From Amoebidium appalachense (taxonomy: Eukaryota > Protista > Ichthyosporea), in assembly GCA_963693365.1 (NCBI GenBank), contig CAVNZM010000097.1, forward strand, positions 1 to 8,689: 8,689 bases of DNA, in the 5' to 3' direction. Made by a program: the position numbers and the translations under genes. Under the pieces are notes generated by a model. The model saw only the letters and a program-made list of their open reading frames with translations, ran no database searches and was not told where the DNA came from. This document shows, one piece after another, positions 7,747-8,689 of this stretch (positions are counted from its first letter, which is position 1; every line of letters starts with the position of its first letter).

Positions 7747-8352
7747 AAACCCTAAACCTAAACCCTAAACCTAAACCTAAACCTAAACCCTAAACCTAAA
7801 CCTAAACCTAAACCTAAACCTAAACCTAAACCCTAACCCTAAACCTAAACCATAAACCTAAAACCTATAAACCTAAACCTAAGCCTAAACCTAAGGCACC
7901 TAAACCCTAAACCACACTAAACCTAAACCAAAAATAAGCCTAAACCCTAAAAACCTAACCCTAAACCTAAACCTAAACCTAAAACCTAAACCTAAACCTA
8001 AACCTAAACCTAAACGAAACCTAAAAAAAGCCTAAACCTAAACCTAAACCAAAAAAATAAGCCTAAACCTAAACCCCTAAACCTAAACCTAAGCCTAACC
8101 CTAAACCTAAACCAAAAGGTAAACCTAAACCCTAAACCCTAAACCCTAAACCCTAAAACCTAAACCCTAAACCCTAAACCCTAAACCCTAAACCCTAAAC
8201 CCTAAACCCTAAACCCTAAACCCCTAAACCCTAAACCCTAAACCCTAAACCCTAAACCCTAAACCCTAAACCCTAAACCCTAAACCCTAAACCCTAAACC
8301 CTAAACCCTAAACCCTAAACCCTAAAGCCTAAACCCTAAACCCTAACCCTAA
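7747..8352 (+). repeat. Telomeric repeat tract, C-rich strand on +: mainly CCTAAA with variants (7747-~8126), near-perfect CCCTAAA (~8127-8340), ending in CCCTAA x2
   Basis: Directly visible. The reverse complement is TTTAGG/TTTAGGG; TTTAGGG is the Arabidopsis-type telomere repeat. Confidence 0.95.
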
Positions 8353-8355
8353 CCC

Positions 8356-8467
8356 CACACAAACACACACACACAAACACACACACGCAAACACGCACCC
8401 ACAAAAACAGAAACACATACACGACGGTCACACCACACACAGAAACACAAACACACACACAGACACA
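8356..8467. repeat. Imperfect (CA)n microsatellite
   Basis: acacaaacacacacacacaaacacacacacgc... interrupted CA runs. Confidence 0.9.
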
Positions 8468-8470
8468 CGG

Positions 8471-8478
8471 TCTCTCTT

Positions 8479-8554
<76 letters not shown>
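8471..8554. repeat. (CT)n microsatellite, followed by C17 (8573-8589) and A10 (8590-8599)
   Basis: Directly visible. Confidence 0.95.
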
Positions 8555-8559
<5 letters not shown>

Positions 8560-8689
8560 CCCCCTCTCCCCTCCCCCCCCCCCCCCCCCAAAAAAAAAAC
8601 TGCAATTGAACACCCAAACGGAAGCTTCAATTCAGACCCAGAGACATTATTCTTTTTCCAGCGCCAACTGCGAGGTAATGTAGAGTATG

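Noticed and set aside
8336-8630. Three minus-strand ORFs with ERER/VCVC runs
   Set aside because: Translations of the (CT)n and (CA)n microsatellites and the C homopolymer.

Overview
AT-rich eukaryotic, probably organellar DNA with two parts. (1) Bases 1-7706 are bounded by an imperfect 36-bp terminal inverted repeat that starts exactly at base 1. They hold one recognisable gene, a mitochondrial-type rps3 (minus strand, 7369->5870, 499 aa). It is one continuous frame only if TGA=Trp (7 in-frame TGA, no TGG); the ORF track shows only its 7022-7264 and 5870-6286 fragments. The ~5.8 kb downstream of the gene has no recognisable gene and is made of nested repeats: a 21-bp iteron-like array, A-rich mosaic repeats, four 57-bp double-hairpin elements, 44-, 40-, 11- and 10-bp tandem repeats, and a block duplicated in both direct and inverted orientation. 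(2) After a ~40-bp linker comes a ~600-bp telomeric tract (CCTAAA, then CCCTAAA) oriented as a chromosome LEFT end, then (CA)n and (CT)n microsatellites. Best reading (inference): a complete single-gene linear mitochondrial minichromosome joined end-to-end to a nuclear telomere, either biologically or as a read/assembly chimera.
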